A stretch of 40,665 nt of DNA, taken from NCBI GenBank assembly GCA_001460835.1, contig CYKH01000567.1, forward strand, positions 1-40,665, in the 5' to 3' direction. The stretch comes from Bodo saltans (taxonomy: Eukaryota). Positions 17,327-25,815 of this stretch are shown here, piece by piece. Within the stretch, counting starts at the first letter, position 1. Each line of letters opens with the position of its first letter. The notes under the pieces are model-generated. The model was given only the letters and a program-made list of their open reading frames with translations. It was not told where the DNA came from and ran no database searches. A program made the position numbers and the translations under genes.

Positions 17327-19141
17327 ATGGAGTCCGGCGACGCTGCGTCGCAAGAGGTGGAGCGCAGAAAGCGCAATCGCCATCGCAGACCAAACAAGAA
17401 GCAAACTGAAGGAGCTGAGATCGACAATGAGGAAGAGGAGCCAGTTGAGGAAGTAGCAGTTCACCATGAAGTGCAGGCCGCCCAGTCTTCATCACGCGAG
17501 GCGCGCACATACGAATCTTCGAAGCAACATGGCGGCCCTCAAAAACGCTCACGTAGCGCCGCAGAAGAATCTGCTCAAGAAAACGACGAAGGTGCTGGGG
17601 ACCAGGAAAGCCGCATGACTCACCTCCGTGTGGACCCCTCACAAATCATCACCGATTACCGCCAGCTCACACTCAACCCGCTGACTGTGCAAAGCCTTCA
17701 GACAGAGTTCAAATTCCAGGAATTAACCGGTATCCAAAGCCGTGCGATTCCCGCAGCACTCGCAGGGAAAGACCTCTTAGCCGAGGCCAAAACAGGCTCT
17801 GGTAAAACCCTTGCGTTCCTCATCCCAATAGTAGAGAACATTTCCCGCAGTAGTTTTAAAGCAAAGAATGGAACGGCGGCGATTTGTATTGGCCCCACGC
17901 GTGAGCTGTGCCAACAGATTGAGGGTGTCCTGCTCAAGCTGCTCAAGTACTACAACGGTTCGATTACATTCTTGTGCTGCATCGGTGGTCAGAGCCGTGG
18001 ACAAGAAGGGTTCAAGCTTGAGAGCGGCCAGATGATCGTCATTGCATCACCCGGTCGACTGCTGGATCACTTGAAGCTGACAGATAAATGGCAGACCAAG
18101 AATCTTCTCATGCTTGCTGTCGACGAAGCAGATCGTGTGCTGGACAACGGTTTTGAGGATGACCTTCGTGAAATTGTGTCCTTACTGCCGAAGCGTCGTC
18201 AAACGTTTTTATTCTCCGCAACGCAAACCACTCGGGTTGAGCAGCTCGCTCGCATTTCGTTCTACAAAGCGCCAGTATTCGTGTCGCTTAAGTCCAAGGA
18301 AGACAAAGCCACCGTCGACACGCTCGAGCAAGGATACGTGATTTGTCCTTCAGAGCAACGCCTTCTCCTTCTTTACCACTTCATCAAGAAGAACCTCAAA
18401 AAGAAGGTGATTGTGTTCTTCAGTAGCCGTAACTCTGTCAGCTTCCACTGCGAACTGCTGAACTACATCGACGTCCCGTGCGTTGCATTCCACGGAAAAC
18501 AGAAGCAGCACCAGCGCTCCTCGACCTACATGCAGTTTTGCAACGCGCCATCAGGAGTTCTCCTCACGACCGATGTCGCTGCTCGTGGACTTGATATTCC
18601 GCACGTCGACTGGATTGTTCAGTTTGACCCTCCGGATGATCCAGTGAAGTACATTCATCGTGTTGGTCGCACGGCCCGTGCTGGTCGGTGTGGTAACGCA
18701 CTGATGGTGCTGCTCCCTCAGGAACAGCTATTCCTGAAGTACCTCTATCAGGATGCTCACATTTCTGTGAATGAATACGCGTTCGATCTCTCGAAGCTGG
18801 ATGCGACGGTAAGTGAAAAGCTTGAGAAGATCGTGATGGCAAATTACTACCTCCGCACATCTGCACGAACGGCGTTCGAGGGGTACCTGCTGAGCTACAG
18901 CAGCTCTCAGCTGAAGAACGTGTTTAACGTTCAGCAATTGGATTTAGCACGAGTCGCGAAAGGCTTTGCACTTACTGAGGCCCCTCCTGTGAAGATTGAC
19001 TTGTCCCAAAGTGCGGCACACTTAAACAAAAAGGCCCGCAAAGAATTCAAGCAGACTCAGCAGAGCAAAGATCCACGACGACGTGATAATGCTGCAACTG
19101 ATCGGAAAGTTGGAAAATCCAATGTCAGTGGAGAATGGTAG
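17327..19141 (+). CDS. DEAD-box ATP-dependent RNA helicase, DDX18/Has1 ortholog with the C-terminal DUF4217 region (ribosome biogenesis)
   Basis: Motifs AKTGSGKTLAFLIP, PTREL, SPGRLLDH, VDEADRVLD, SAT, ARGLDIP, HRVGRTARAG. An extended match to remembered human DDX18 (GFEDDLREIVSLLPKRRQTFLFSATQT vs [33 protein letters not shown]...ELLNYIDVPCVAFHGKQKQ; DWIVQFDPPDDPVKYIHRVGRTAR). The C-terminal block YYLRTSARTAFEGYLLSY...NVFNVQQLDLARVAKGFAL is the DUF4217 signature shared by Has1, Dbp4 and Spb4. An acidic/basic N-terminal extension is present. Confidence 0.88.
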   Translation: MESGDAASQEVERRKRNRHRRPNKKQTEGAEIDNEEEEPVEEVAVHHEVQAAQSSSREARTYESSKQHGGPQKRSRSAAEESAQENDEGAGDQESRMTHLRVDPSQIITDYRQLTLNPLTVQSLQTEFKFQELTGIQSRAIPAALAGKDLLAEAKTGSGKTLAFLIPIVENISRSSFKAKNGTAAICIGPTRELCQQIEGVLLKLLKYYNGSITFLCCIGGQSRGQEGFKLESGQMIVIASPGRLLDHLKLTDKWQTKNLLMLAVDEADRVLDNGFEDDLREIVSLLPKRRQTFLFSATQTTRVEQLARISFYKAPVFVSLKSKEDKATVDTLEQGYVICPSEQRLLLLYHFIKKNLKKKVIVFFSSRNSVSFHCELLNYIDVPCVAFHGKQKQHQRSSTYMQFCNAPSGVLLTTDVAARGLDIPHVDWIVQFDPPDDPVKYIHRVGRTARAGRCGNALMVLLPQEQLFLKYLYQDAHISVNEYAFDLSKLDATVSEKLEKIVMANYYLRTSARTAFEGYLLSYSSSQLKNVFNVQQLDLARVAKGFALTEAPPVKIDLSQSAAHLNKKARKEFKQTQQSKDPRRRDNAATDRKVGKSNVSGEW

Positions 19142-19382
19142 TACAAAAAAATACCAAACACTGAAAAGGAACATTGATGCAACGTAAGAAACGAGTGAGG
19201 ATTTTTTATTTCTTTTTCAACACGTTTAATCACACAGAAGTGAATTGGAGCTAAGAATCACGTCAGTTGCTTTCGCAGAAATCTTCCTAGCTTCCCACTT
19301 TTAAACTTGCCGTTTGCTCCCTTTTGCTTCGTTGCCTCCGTTACTATCATCGCGAAAAGGAACCATAACTACGAACAAACAG

Positions 19383-20861
19383 ATGTCAAAAAGAGGAGGC
19401 AGTGCAGGGGACGTGAACCTTTCGCCAATGTCGGACCGTGGGGCTTCTACCACAGGCGGCTTTGCGTACCTGAGACCCAAACCAGTCGTGGCTCAGCCCC
19501 GCGGTGGCGTGGAGGTTGCCGTTGACCTTCCCGCGAGCGTCACCAGGCGCGCTCCTGGAGGTAAGCGGACTCCTACACCTCGTGGTAACCCATTTAGTCG
19601 CCCCGTTGATGCAGCACCTGGGAAGCAGCGTGTGGATCCGTTTGCTAGCGCCACTGTAGTTGACGCTACGCCAAAGTTCGAATTCCAAGAACGGGCTGCC
19701 CCAGCCAAGACCAGCAGCCCCCCAGCGATCGCAGGGCGTGCTGTATCGATCCCCCAGAATATCTCGCCGATTGCGGCACCAAAAGGGCGGTCCGCAACTC
19801 CTCCACGGTCCCCGTCTGTTGGTGGTAGCCGTCGACCTTCGAAGGCAGCTTCTCCATCGTCATCGCTTGCAAAACCTACTCCTGCCGACCACGTTCCAGT
19901 GGCGGCGCTACTCGCATCGATGCAGCCACCTGCCACCGGAGCTAAGAAGGCACCATCCACTCCCGTGTTCACAGACCAGGCAACGACGCGAGCGCAGTTT
20001 CCTACCAATGACGACGATCGTCGTGAAGAGAAGCCTCGTGGAAGTGTCACCTTTGTTCACGTCCGCCGAGGTGCGTCGCTGTGTTTCCAGCTGACAGGGG
20101 TGGCGTTGCTTGCACTTGCTATGATCCTAGCGGCAGTTGTGTTTGCAGCACCATTATTTATCCGCTTTGATAGCGCCGAGGACACTTTTGTGCGCGACTT
20201 TGTCCCATCCGTCTCCCAGCTCCAGAACTTGTACCAACAACCGGTATTTGGCCTCAATGCATCGGAAGCGCGGTGTCTTTACTTGCGTGTACTGGAAGAT
20301 CGTCAAGATGCCCTTGAGCGTGCCGTGGCGCCGTACGTTGCGAGCCTTGACACGGCTACCACCGACCAGCAGGTACTACGTCTCGAACAGGTCGCTAGAG
20401 CGCACCACATGCTTCGACATCGTGTTCGCCTTTACGCGCGATCTCGCGATAACAGCATTGTGAACCACCTTGTGTTCTACCCTTTCCGCGATTCTTTCGT
20501 CTACGGTCTCATCCGCCACGGCTGGGCTGACACGATGTTTGCATTGTTCTGGAGGCCCGATGTGTCCGATTTATTTGCACGTGTCGTCGAGGGAGCGGTG
20601 TGCATGCGCCAGTCAGAGCACATGCCCTGCCCGTCGTTTGCCTTTGTGGAAGAAAAGGCAGTGCGAGCGGTGAAGCGTCGACAGCAGCAAAGCGGTTCGT
20701 CCGTCTCAACACCGTTGGAACACGCCAAAGCGGTGAGCGACCACATTACGGACCGCAGCGGTAAGAGCAATTTGTGGTACAACGACAACTTCTGTTCCGC
20801 GCTATTTAGAGAAAAACAACAGCAAGGCAATCGCATTCATGCAGAGCCTTCACAAGGATGA
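19383..20861 (+). CDS. Hypothetical single-pass membrane protein: a disordered Ser/Pro/Ala/Arg-rich N-terminal region of about 230 aa, one transmembrane helix, and a C-terminal globular domain of about 230 aa
   Basis: The ORF-track start at 19314 is TTG inside a pyrimidine tract. The first ATG is 19383 (MSKRGGSAG). The N-terminal region is dense in SP/TP/RxxS motifs. The TM segment is LTGVALLALAMILAAVVFAAPLFI. I recognise no family. Confidence 0.5.
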   Translation: MSKRGGSAGDVNLSPMSDRGASTTGGFAYLRPKPVVAQPRGGVEVAVDLPASVTRRAPGGKRTPTPRGNPFSRPVDAAPGKQRVDPFASATVVDATPKFEFQERAAPAKTSSPPAIAGRAVSIPQNISPIAAPKGRSATPPRSPSVGGSRRPSKAASPSSSLAKPTPADHVPVAALLASMQPPATGAKKAPSTPVFTDQATTRAQFPTNDDDRREEKPRGSVTFVHVRRGASLCFQLTGVALLALAMILAAVVFAAPLFIRFDSAEDTFVRDFVPSVSQLQNLYQQPVFGLNASEARCLYLRVLEDRQDALERAVAPYVASLDTATTDQQVLRLEQVARAHHMLRHRVRLYARSRDNSIVNHLVFYPFRDSFVYGLIRHGWADTMFALFWRPDVSDLFARVVEGAVCMRQSEHMPCPSFAFVEEKAVRAVKRRQQQSGSSVSTPLEHAKAVSDHITDRSGKSNLWYNDNFCSALFREKQQQGNRIHAEPSQG

Positions 20862-21075
20862 TCACCAAGGGGTGAAAAAACACATTTGGTTTCCGTTTGA
20901 TTTATTGCGACTTGTATTGCGTTCAAAAAACACAAGAAAAACAACCCCGGTTTATTTACCTATGGTTTACTGCTAATCAACACCTCCTAAGGCTCTTTTT
21001 TTCCCAAGGAGTTCGGAGTGCTCCCGCTGTGAATGTCAGCTTTCATTCGAGCAAACGAATACCTCTCGACGTAAC

Positions 21076-22008
21076 ATGGACCAACAGATAGCAGCGTGGA
21101 GTCGGTACAAGAAAGTAAAAGTTCTTGGAGCAGGGGCCACGGGTCAAGTGTATCTCGTCGAAACAAGCCAGTCATTGTCGCCAAGTATCCCCGCCGGACA
21201 GTATGTTATCAAGCGCATCTGCATTGCTTCATCGCCAGAAATTCTGAAGAGTGCGGCAACAGAAGTGAAAATTCTCGAGCAACTTGAAGCCCACGACAAT
21301 CTTGTGCGATACTACGAACATTTTTTTGACGATGATGGCATGATCAACATTGTCATGGAACACTGCCAAGGAGGGGACCTTGAAACGTACCTCAAGGACA
21401 ATGCCGCAAGTGGAGCATTCTCGCCTAGTGAGGCAGTGCACTTTGCGTTTCAACTGTTTGCCGCGGTGCTGCATTTGCACAAGCACGGTGTTCTTCACCG
21501 CGATTTGAAGCCTGCCAATGTGCTACTGAGCACCGCACCGAGTTCAGCTGATGGAGTACGCAGGACGATGCTGAAGGTCAGCGACTTTGGAATTTCGAGG
21601 GTGTTAGAACGCACCGCAAGTATTGCTCAAACAGTTGTTGGAACTCCATTCTACATGGGACCTGAGCTGTGTAACGGTGAAGCGTACACTTTTGCCGCTG
21701 ATATGTGGTCCCTTGGCTGCATATTGTACGAATTAGCCTCTGGTGGTCAACGATGCTTTGGCGGGGCGACACTATTAGCTGTGGTTCGCGCAGTGTGCGA
21801 AGGTGTCATACCGCCGATAGCGGACCCCATGAGGGCGAAGCTTTTCATGCCGATGATCACACCGCTGATTCAAGTGGATCCGTCGAAGCGTTTTTCGGCG
21901 GAGGACTGCATGAGAGCGTTTTTTCTTCCTGATCCCGAAGACTCAAATATTGAAGACGAGTTTATCGACCCAGACGACGCGGACGATCTTGAAGCCGCAT
22001 TGGGGTAA
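21076..22008 (+). CDS. Serine/threonine protein kinase, NEK (NIMA-related)-like, with a short acidic C-terminal tail
   Basis: The kinase subdomains are intact: GxGxxG (LGAGATGQV), VAIK-type YVIKRI, HRDLKPANVLL, DFGISR, GTPFYMGPE, DMWSLGCILYEL. Size and motif variants (HRDLKPAN, GTPxYMxPE) are typical of NEK kinases. A pyrimidine tract at 20993-21005 with AG at 21007 lies upstream. Confidence 0.8.
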   Translation: MDQQIAAWSRYKKVKVLGAGATGQVYLVETSQSLSPSIPAGQYVIKRICIASSPEILKSAATEVKILEQLEAHDNLVRYYEHFFDDDGMINIVMEHCQGGDLETYLKDNAASGAFSPSEAVHFAFQLFAAVLHLHKHGVLHRDLKPANVLLSTAPSSADGVRRTMLKVSDFGISRVLERTASIAQTVVGTPFYMGPELCNGEAYTFAADMWSLGCILYELASGGQRCFGGATLLAVVRAVCEGVIPPIADPMRAKLFMPMITPLIQVDPSKRFSAEDCMRAFFLPDPEDSNIEDEFIDPDDADDLEAALG

Positions 22009-22290
22009 CACGGTGATCCAATTTTTTGTACATTGTTAGCCAAGGAAGAGGTAGCCTTTTCGCTCAAAACAATGGTCTATAAAGAAATGCTGTACATTAT
22101 TCGCATTTGTCGTTTCGTCAAGTACTTAGAGAGAAGAAAGAAAGCCAGTGATCGTTTAATTTTTTGTTCATTTACTGCGGTCTACTATCTCCCCACCAAA
22201 CCGCAGGCACTTTTCTTCGTGGTTCAGCACCTCACAACAAGTCGCCTCAATCATCCTCATCGCCTACTTTCGTCATCGTCATTCACATTC

Positions 22291-23328
22291 ATGCCAACCC
22301 TAGCCACACCGAGTGCCACTGATCTCTCACCCTCCACATCGCCCTCGTCGTCGTCAAGCAATCGCTACTGCTGCGTGATGCTCGGTTCCGGTGGCGTTGG
22401 AAAGTCTGCTCTCTCGATTCAATACGTGCAAGGTGTTTTTGTAGACGTCTACGACCCTACCATTATGGACAGCCTGCTGCGTATGGACACCATTGAGGGA
22501 AGAAACATCACGATGACTGTGGTGGACACTGCGGGACAGGACGATTACATTGACCAAACCACGCCGTATATTCGTATGGCGGACGTGTGTGTGTTTGTCT
22601 ACTCCGTCACGGATGCGACCAGCATTGTGCATGTCTCCACGATGTTTGATCACGCACTGAAGGCACGGCAAGGGAAGGGACCGATGCCATTTCTTGTCGT
22701 TGGCAATAAATCAGATTTGCAAGAACACCGTCAGATTACGGTGGATCAAGGGCGACGACTCGCGGTGACGCTTGCAGGTAGAATGAGATTGAGCGGCGAG
22801 GAAGTTCTCGCTGTGACCCAGTCGCCGCTCTTCATGGAGACCAGTGCAAAACATCGAGATGACGCCGTGTTGTTGTTTCGAAGCGCAGTGATGACCATCA
22901 ACAAAGTGCGGTCCACGAAATCCATGTCAGGACTCGTGAGGCCGCCAGCAGTGGCAGTACCGACTTCACTCCCTGGTACCACAGATGACGATGAGGACAG
23001 TGACAGTGCATTAGAGGGAAGCACAACGCTTGCTAATGGCCTTGGGGTAGGGGCGGCAGAGCGACGAACAAAAGGAGACGATGATCCTTTTGCAGCGGTG
23101 GCATCTGGCAGTACGTCGAATCGGCCAACAGTTCGCAGCAGTGCTGGTGTATTATCGGACGACTCTGACAACGACCAACCCGTACTTGTCCTTCCGCAGC
23201 ATGCAAGCAACGAAGACTCACTGTCGTCTTCATTAAGGCCGGCAAGCAAGCCGAACTCGCGGCTCAAGCAGAAACCAAAGAAGAAGAAGAAGAAGTCATC
23301 AAAGTCGTTCGGTTGCATCATGCTTTAG
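22291..23328 (+). CDS. Ras/Rap-like small GTPase with a C-terminal extension of about 170 aa ending in a polybasic stretch plus a CaaX box (CIML, predicted geranylgeranylation)
   Basis: The G1 P-loop LGSGGVGKSAL, switch-I YDPTIMDS, G3 DTAGQD, G4 NKSD and G5 ETSAK are all in order. The C-terminus KQKPKKKKKKSSKSFGCIML is a K-Ras-like polybasic region followed by CaaX with X=L. The ORF track begins at TTG 22033. The upstream 86 codons translate to implausible F/Y/I-rich sequence, and the ATG at 22291 places Met about 30 aa before the P-loop, so I call 22291 as the start. Confidence 0.75.
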   Translation: MPTLATPSATDLSPSTSPSSSSSNRYCCVMLGSGGVGKSALSIQYVQGVFVDVYDPTIMDSLLRMDTIEGRNITMTVVDTAGQDDYIDQTTPYIRMADVCVFVYSVTDATSIVHVSTMFDHALKARQGKGPMPFLVVGNKSDLQEHRQITVDQGRRLAVTLAGRMRLSGEEVLAVTQSPLFMETSAKHRDDAVLLFRSAVMTINKVRSTKSMSGLVRPPAVAVPTSLPGTTDDDEDSDSALEGSTTLANGLGVGAAERRTKGDDDPFAAVASGSTSNRPTVRSSAGVLSDDSDNDQPVLVLPQHASNEDSLSSSLRPASKPNSRLKQKPKKKKKKSSKSFGCIML

Positions 23329-23466
23329 ACACCTTTTTTTTGGCGACGGGACTAGGGCCCTTCCCCCAATCACACAAAGGGGTGCACTACTTGTCTACAC
23401 TTGCGCTACATTTCAATGAGGGCTTTCCTTCAACAACGAATGTTCTTTCATCTGAAACACTGCAGC

Positions 23467-23503
23467 GTCTCTCCTTTTTCTTCGTCTGTTGCATCTGAAA
23501 CAG
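23467..23503 (+). promoter_or_regulatory. Polypyrimidine tract (ctctcctttttcttcgtctgttgcatctg) and AG; candidate trans-splice acceptor for the MORN gene
   Basis: Read directly; AG at 23502-23503, 26 nt upstream of ATG 23529. An additional T8 run at 23334-23341 lies further upstream. Confidence 0.45.
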
Positions 23504-23528
23504 TGACCTTAGAGGTAGAATTTAAGAA

Positions 23529-25577
23529 ATGGCAATGAGCACCCTCGACGACGTGCAGGCTCCTCGCGAGTTGCAACCAGGTGAGGGGACGGCTGATGTC
23601 AAGATTGGAGCCTCGCAACCAGTTATGGTGTACGTCGTGAACCTCACTCGCCGGGCAGAGCTGACCATCGAGCTTCACGAGAACAACACCGCCTCCCGTT
23701 GCTCAATGTACATCTCAACGTCAGACCCACACCCCACTGCGAAGAGTGCCATGTGGGCATCTGAATCGGCACAGCCTCGGAAATCAGTCACAGTGCTTCC
23801 CGCTGACAGTCGTTATCACGAAGGTCCTTGCTACATTACCGTGAAGTACATGATGGCGACCGGAAATGTCTTTTTCTCACTTCGCACAAGAATGCGTGAG
23901 ACGTACGAGGCGGTGTGGTACACCAAGGCCAACCTCTCCTTGTATGAAGGCCAATGGTTCCAGCAGTACCGCCACGGGTATGGACGCTGCACTTACCAAC
24001 CACTAGCAGAATCCATCCCCTCTGAAACTTGCGTAGATCATTCACGCACCACTACTGGTAGCAGCGGACACGCGGTCTTAGACTTCAACACTGCTGAAGG
24101 CCCTGTCCTCTTGGACTTACCAACGGATGAGTCTCAAGTGTACGAAGGGGAGTGGAAAATGGGTGAGAAGGACGGCAATGGTGCCTACCAATGGCAGGAC
24201 AAGTGCTATGTCGGCAGCTGGCGTGGTGGCAAGCGCAATGGCAGAGGAACACTTACCAAGACCGACTCTTCTAAGTATACCGGTGAGTGGCGTGATGACG
24301 CCAAGAGTGGCTACGGGGTCCAATACTTCAACAACAACACGAGGTACGAGGGTGACTGGCATCGCAACAAACGGCACGGCCACGGACTTTTCGTGTACAA
24401 CACTGGTCTCAAGATTGTGGGCTCGTGGGAGCGTGATATCCTTGTGTCCGAGGTCACCGCGACGTACACCGATGGCACCACGTACGAGGGTGGCTGGCAG
24501 GACGATGCTCGTCACGGAGAACGCGGCGTGTTTAAGGACATCGACGGACTAGTCTACGAAGGTGCGTGGGTCCACGACAAGAAGCACGGCAAAGGCACGT
24601 GGCATCTTCCACGCAGCGTGAAATTCCGAGGGACATGGATCGACGATGTGCGACAAGACGAGGGCGGTGAGTTCATGTTCCCCAACCAAGACCTCTACAC
24701 CGGTGCGTGGGATGAAACCCGCCACGTACGTCACGGCCACGGCACTTGCAAGTACAACAACGGCGATGTCTATGTAGGCGACTGGCTGAATGATGAAATG
24801 TGTGGCAAAGGTCGCATGTCGTACGCGAACGGAAGTGAATACGTTGGCCAATGGAAGAGCAACAAACGTCACGGCAAAGGCAAATTTGCATCCTCCGATG
24901 GCAACTACGACGGAGAGTTTGCCAACGGTGTGCGCCACGGAACAGGTATCATGAAGTACAACGATGGTTCTTCGTACGATGGTGCGTGGGAAGAAGACGT
25001 TCGTCACGGCCCTGCAAAATATTTGAATGCCCAACTGAATATCTTCTACACCGTGACGTTCAAGAGCGATGTCATTAGTGGCCGCGGTAAGGCACAGTAC
25101 CGCAATAGCAACGAAGAGTATGAGGGTGACTTTGAGCGCAACCTTAGAAATGGGATGGGTACGTTCCTACTGTCCAACGGGGACCACTACACCGGCAGGT
25201 GGCAGGATGACCTTCGTGAAGACGGCGAGGGTACGTGCCAGTACGCCAACGGGGACAAGTACGAGGGAAGTTGGGTGGCAGAGCAACGCAGCGGTCGAGG
25301 CACGTGCTGGTACGCCGATGCAAGCCGTTATGAGGGAGAGTGGTCCGAAGATACGCAGAATGGAGAAGGCACCCTTTTCACGAGAAGCGGAGATCAAATC
25401 ACATCCCTCTGGGAGAACGGTGATCGTGTCGATGGCAAAGGCAAGTGTGTATTTGCCAATGGCAATATTTACGAAGGCGAATGGATGCACAACGAGCCTC
25501 ATGGCCACGGCACGCTTATTTATCCCGATGGCACTGTTTTTGATGGGCAATTCGACAAAGGGATCTACAAATTGTAA
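23529..25577 (+). CDS. MORN-repeat protein (about 20 tandem MORN motifs) with a non-repeat N-terminal domain of about 130 aa
   Basis: The ATG is at 23529, after a pyrimidine tract at 23467-23497 with AG at 23502. Iterated YEGEW/YVGSW/YTGEW...G.G units recur every 23 aa. Examples: YEGEWKMGEKDGNGAYQW, YVGSWRGGKRNGRGTL, YEGDWHRNKRHGHG, YVGQWKSNKRHGKG. The N-terminal region (DVKIGASQPVMVYVVNLTRRAELTIELHENN...) is distinct from the repeats. Confidence 0.85.
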   Translation: MAMSTLDDVQAPRELQPGEGTADVKIGASQPVMVYVVNLTRRAELTIELHENNTASRCSMYISTSDPHPTAKSAMWASESAQPRKSVTVLPADSRYHEGPCYITVKYMMATGNVFFSLRTRMRETYEAVWYTKANLSLYEGQWFQQYRHGYGRCTYQPLAESIPSETCVDHSRTTTGSSGHAVLDFNTAEGPVLLDLPTDESQVYEGEWKMGEKDGNGAYQWQDKCYVGSWRGGKRNGRGTLTKTDSSKYTGEWRDDAKSGYGVQYFNNNTRYEGDWHRNKRHGHGLFVYNTGLKIVGSWERDILVSEVTATYTDGTTYEGGWQDDARHGERGVFKDIDGLVYEGAWVHDKKHGKGTWHLPRSVKFRGTWIDDVRQDEGGEFMFPNQDLYTGAWDETRHVRHGHGTCKYNNGDVYVGDWLNDEMCGKGRMSYANGSEYVGQWKSNKRHGKGKFASSDGNYDGEFANGVRHGTGIMKYNDGSSYDGAWEEDVRHGPAKYLNAQLNIFYTVTFKSDVISGRGKAQYRNSNEEYEGDFERNLRNGMGTFLLSNGDHYTGRWQDDLREDGEGTCQYANGDKYEGSWVAEQRSGRGTCWYADASRYEGEWSEDTQNGEGTLFTRSGDQITSLWENGDRVDGKGKCVFANGNIYEGEWMHNEPHGHGTLIYPDGTVFDGQFDKGIYKL

Positions 25578-25815
25578 GAGTCTCCCGCACTCCCGTCGCC
25601 AAAGGGCACTGTTGTTATGTGTTGTACAAAAAACCTCGATGAGGGAGAAACAAGAGAAGAATAAACGACAATACTGGTGTACATGAATCAAGCTCCACTT
25701 CTCTGGAAACATAAACCGTCGATGAAACCCTGCATTTGGAAATTCGTTGCTTTTTTTCCCCCCAATTCTAAAAAAAAAAGGAGGCAGAACAGGAGACAGA
25801 ACGAACGTTGCACAC

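Noticed and set aside
22033-22290. An 86-codon N-terminal extension of the GTPase ORF. Similar over-extended ORF-track starts occur at 11211, 25747, 26976, 29846, 19314, 1435 and 3196.
   Set aside because: The ORF track uses TTG and other alternative initiators and extends to the first such codon after a stop. The extensions translate to implausible F/Y/I/L-rich peptides from T-rich spacer, or start inside polypyrimidine tracts. Starts were re-anchored on ATGs matching conserved N-termini (MVP, XRN, Ras-like).
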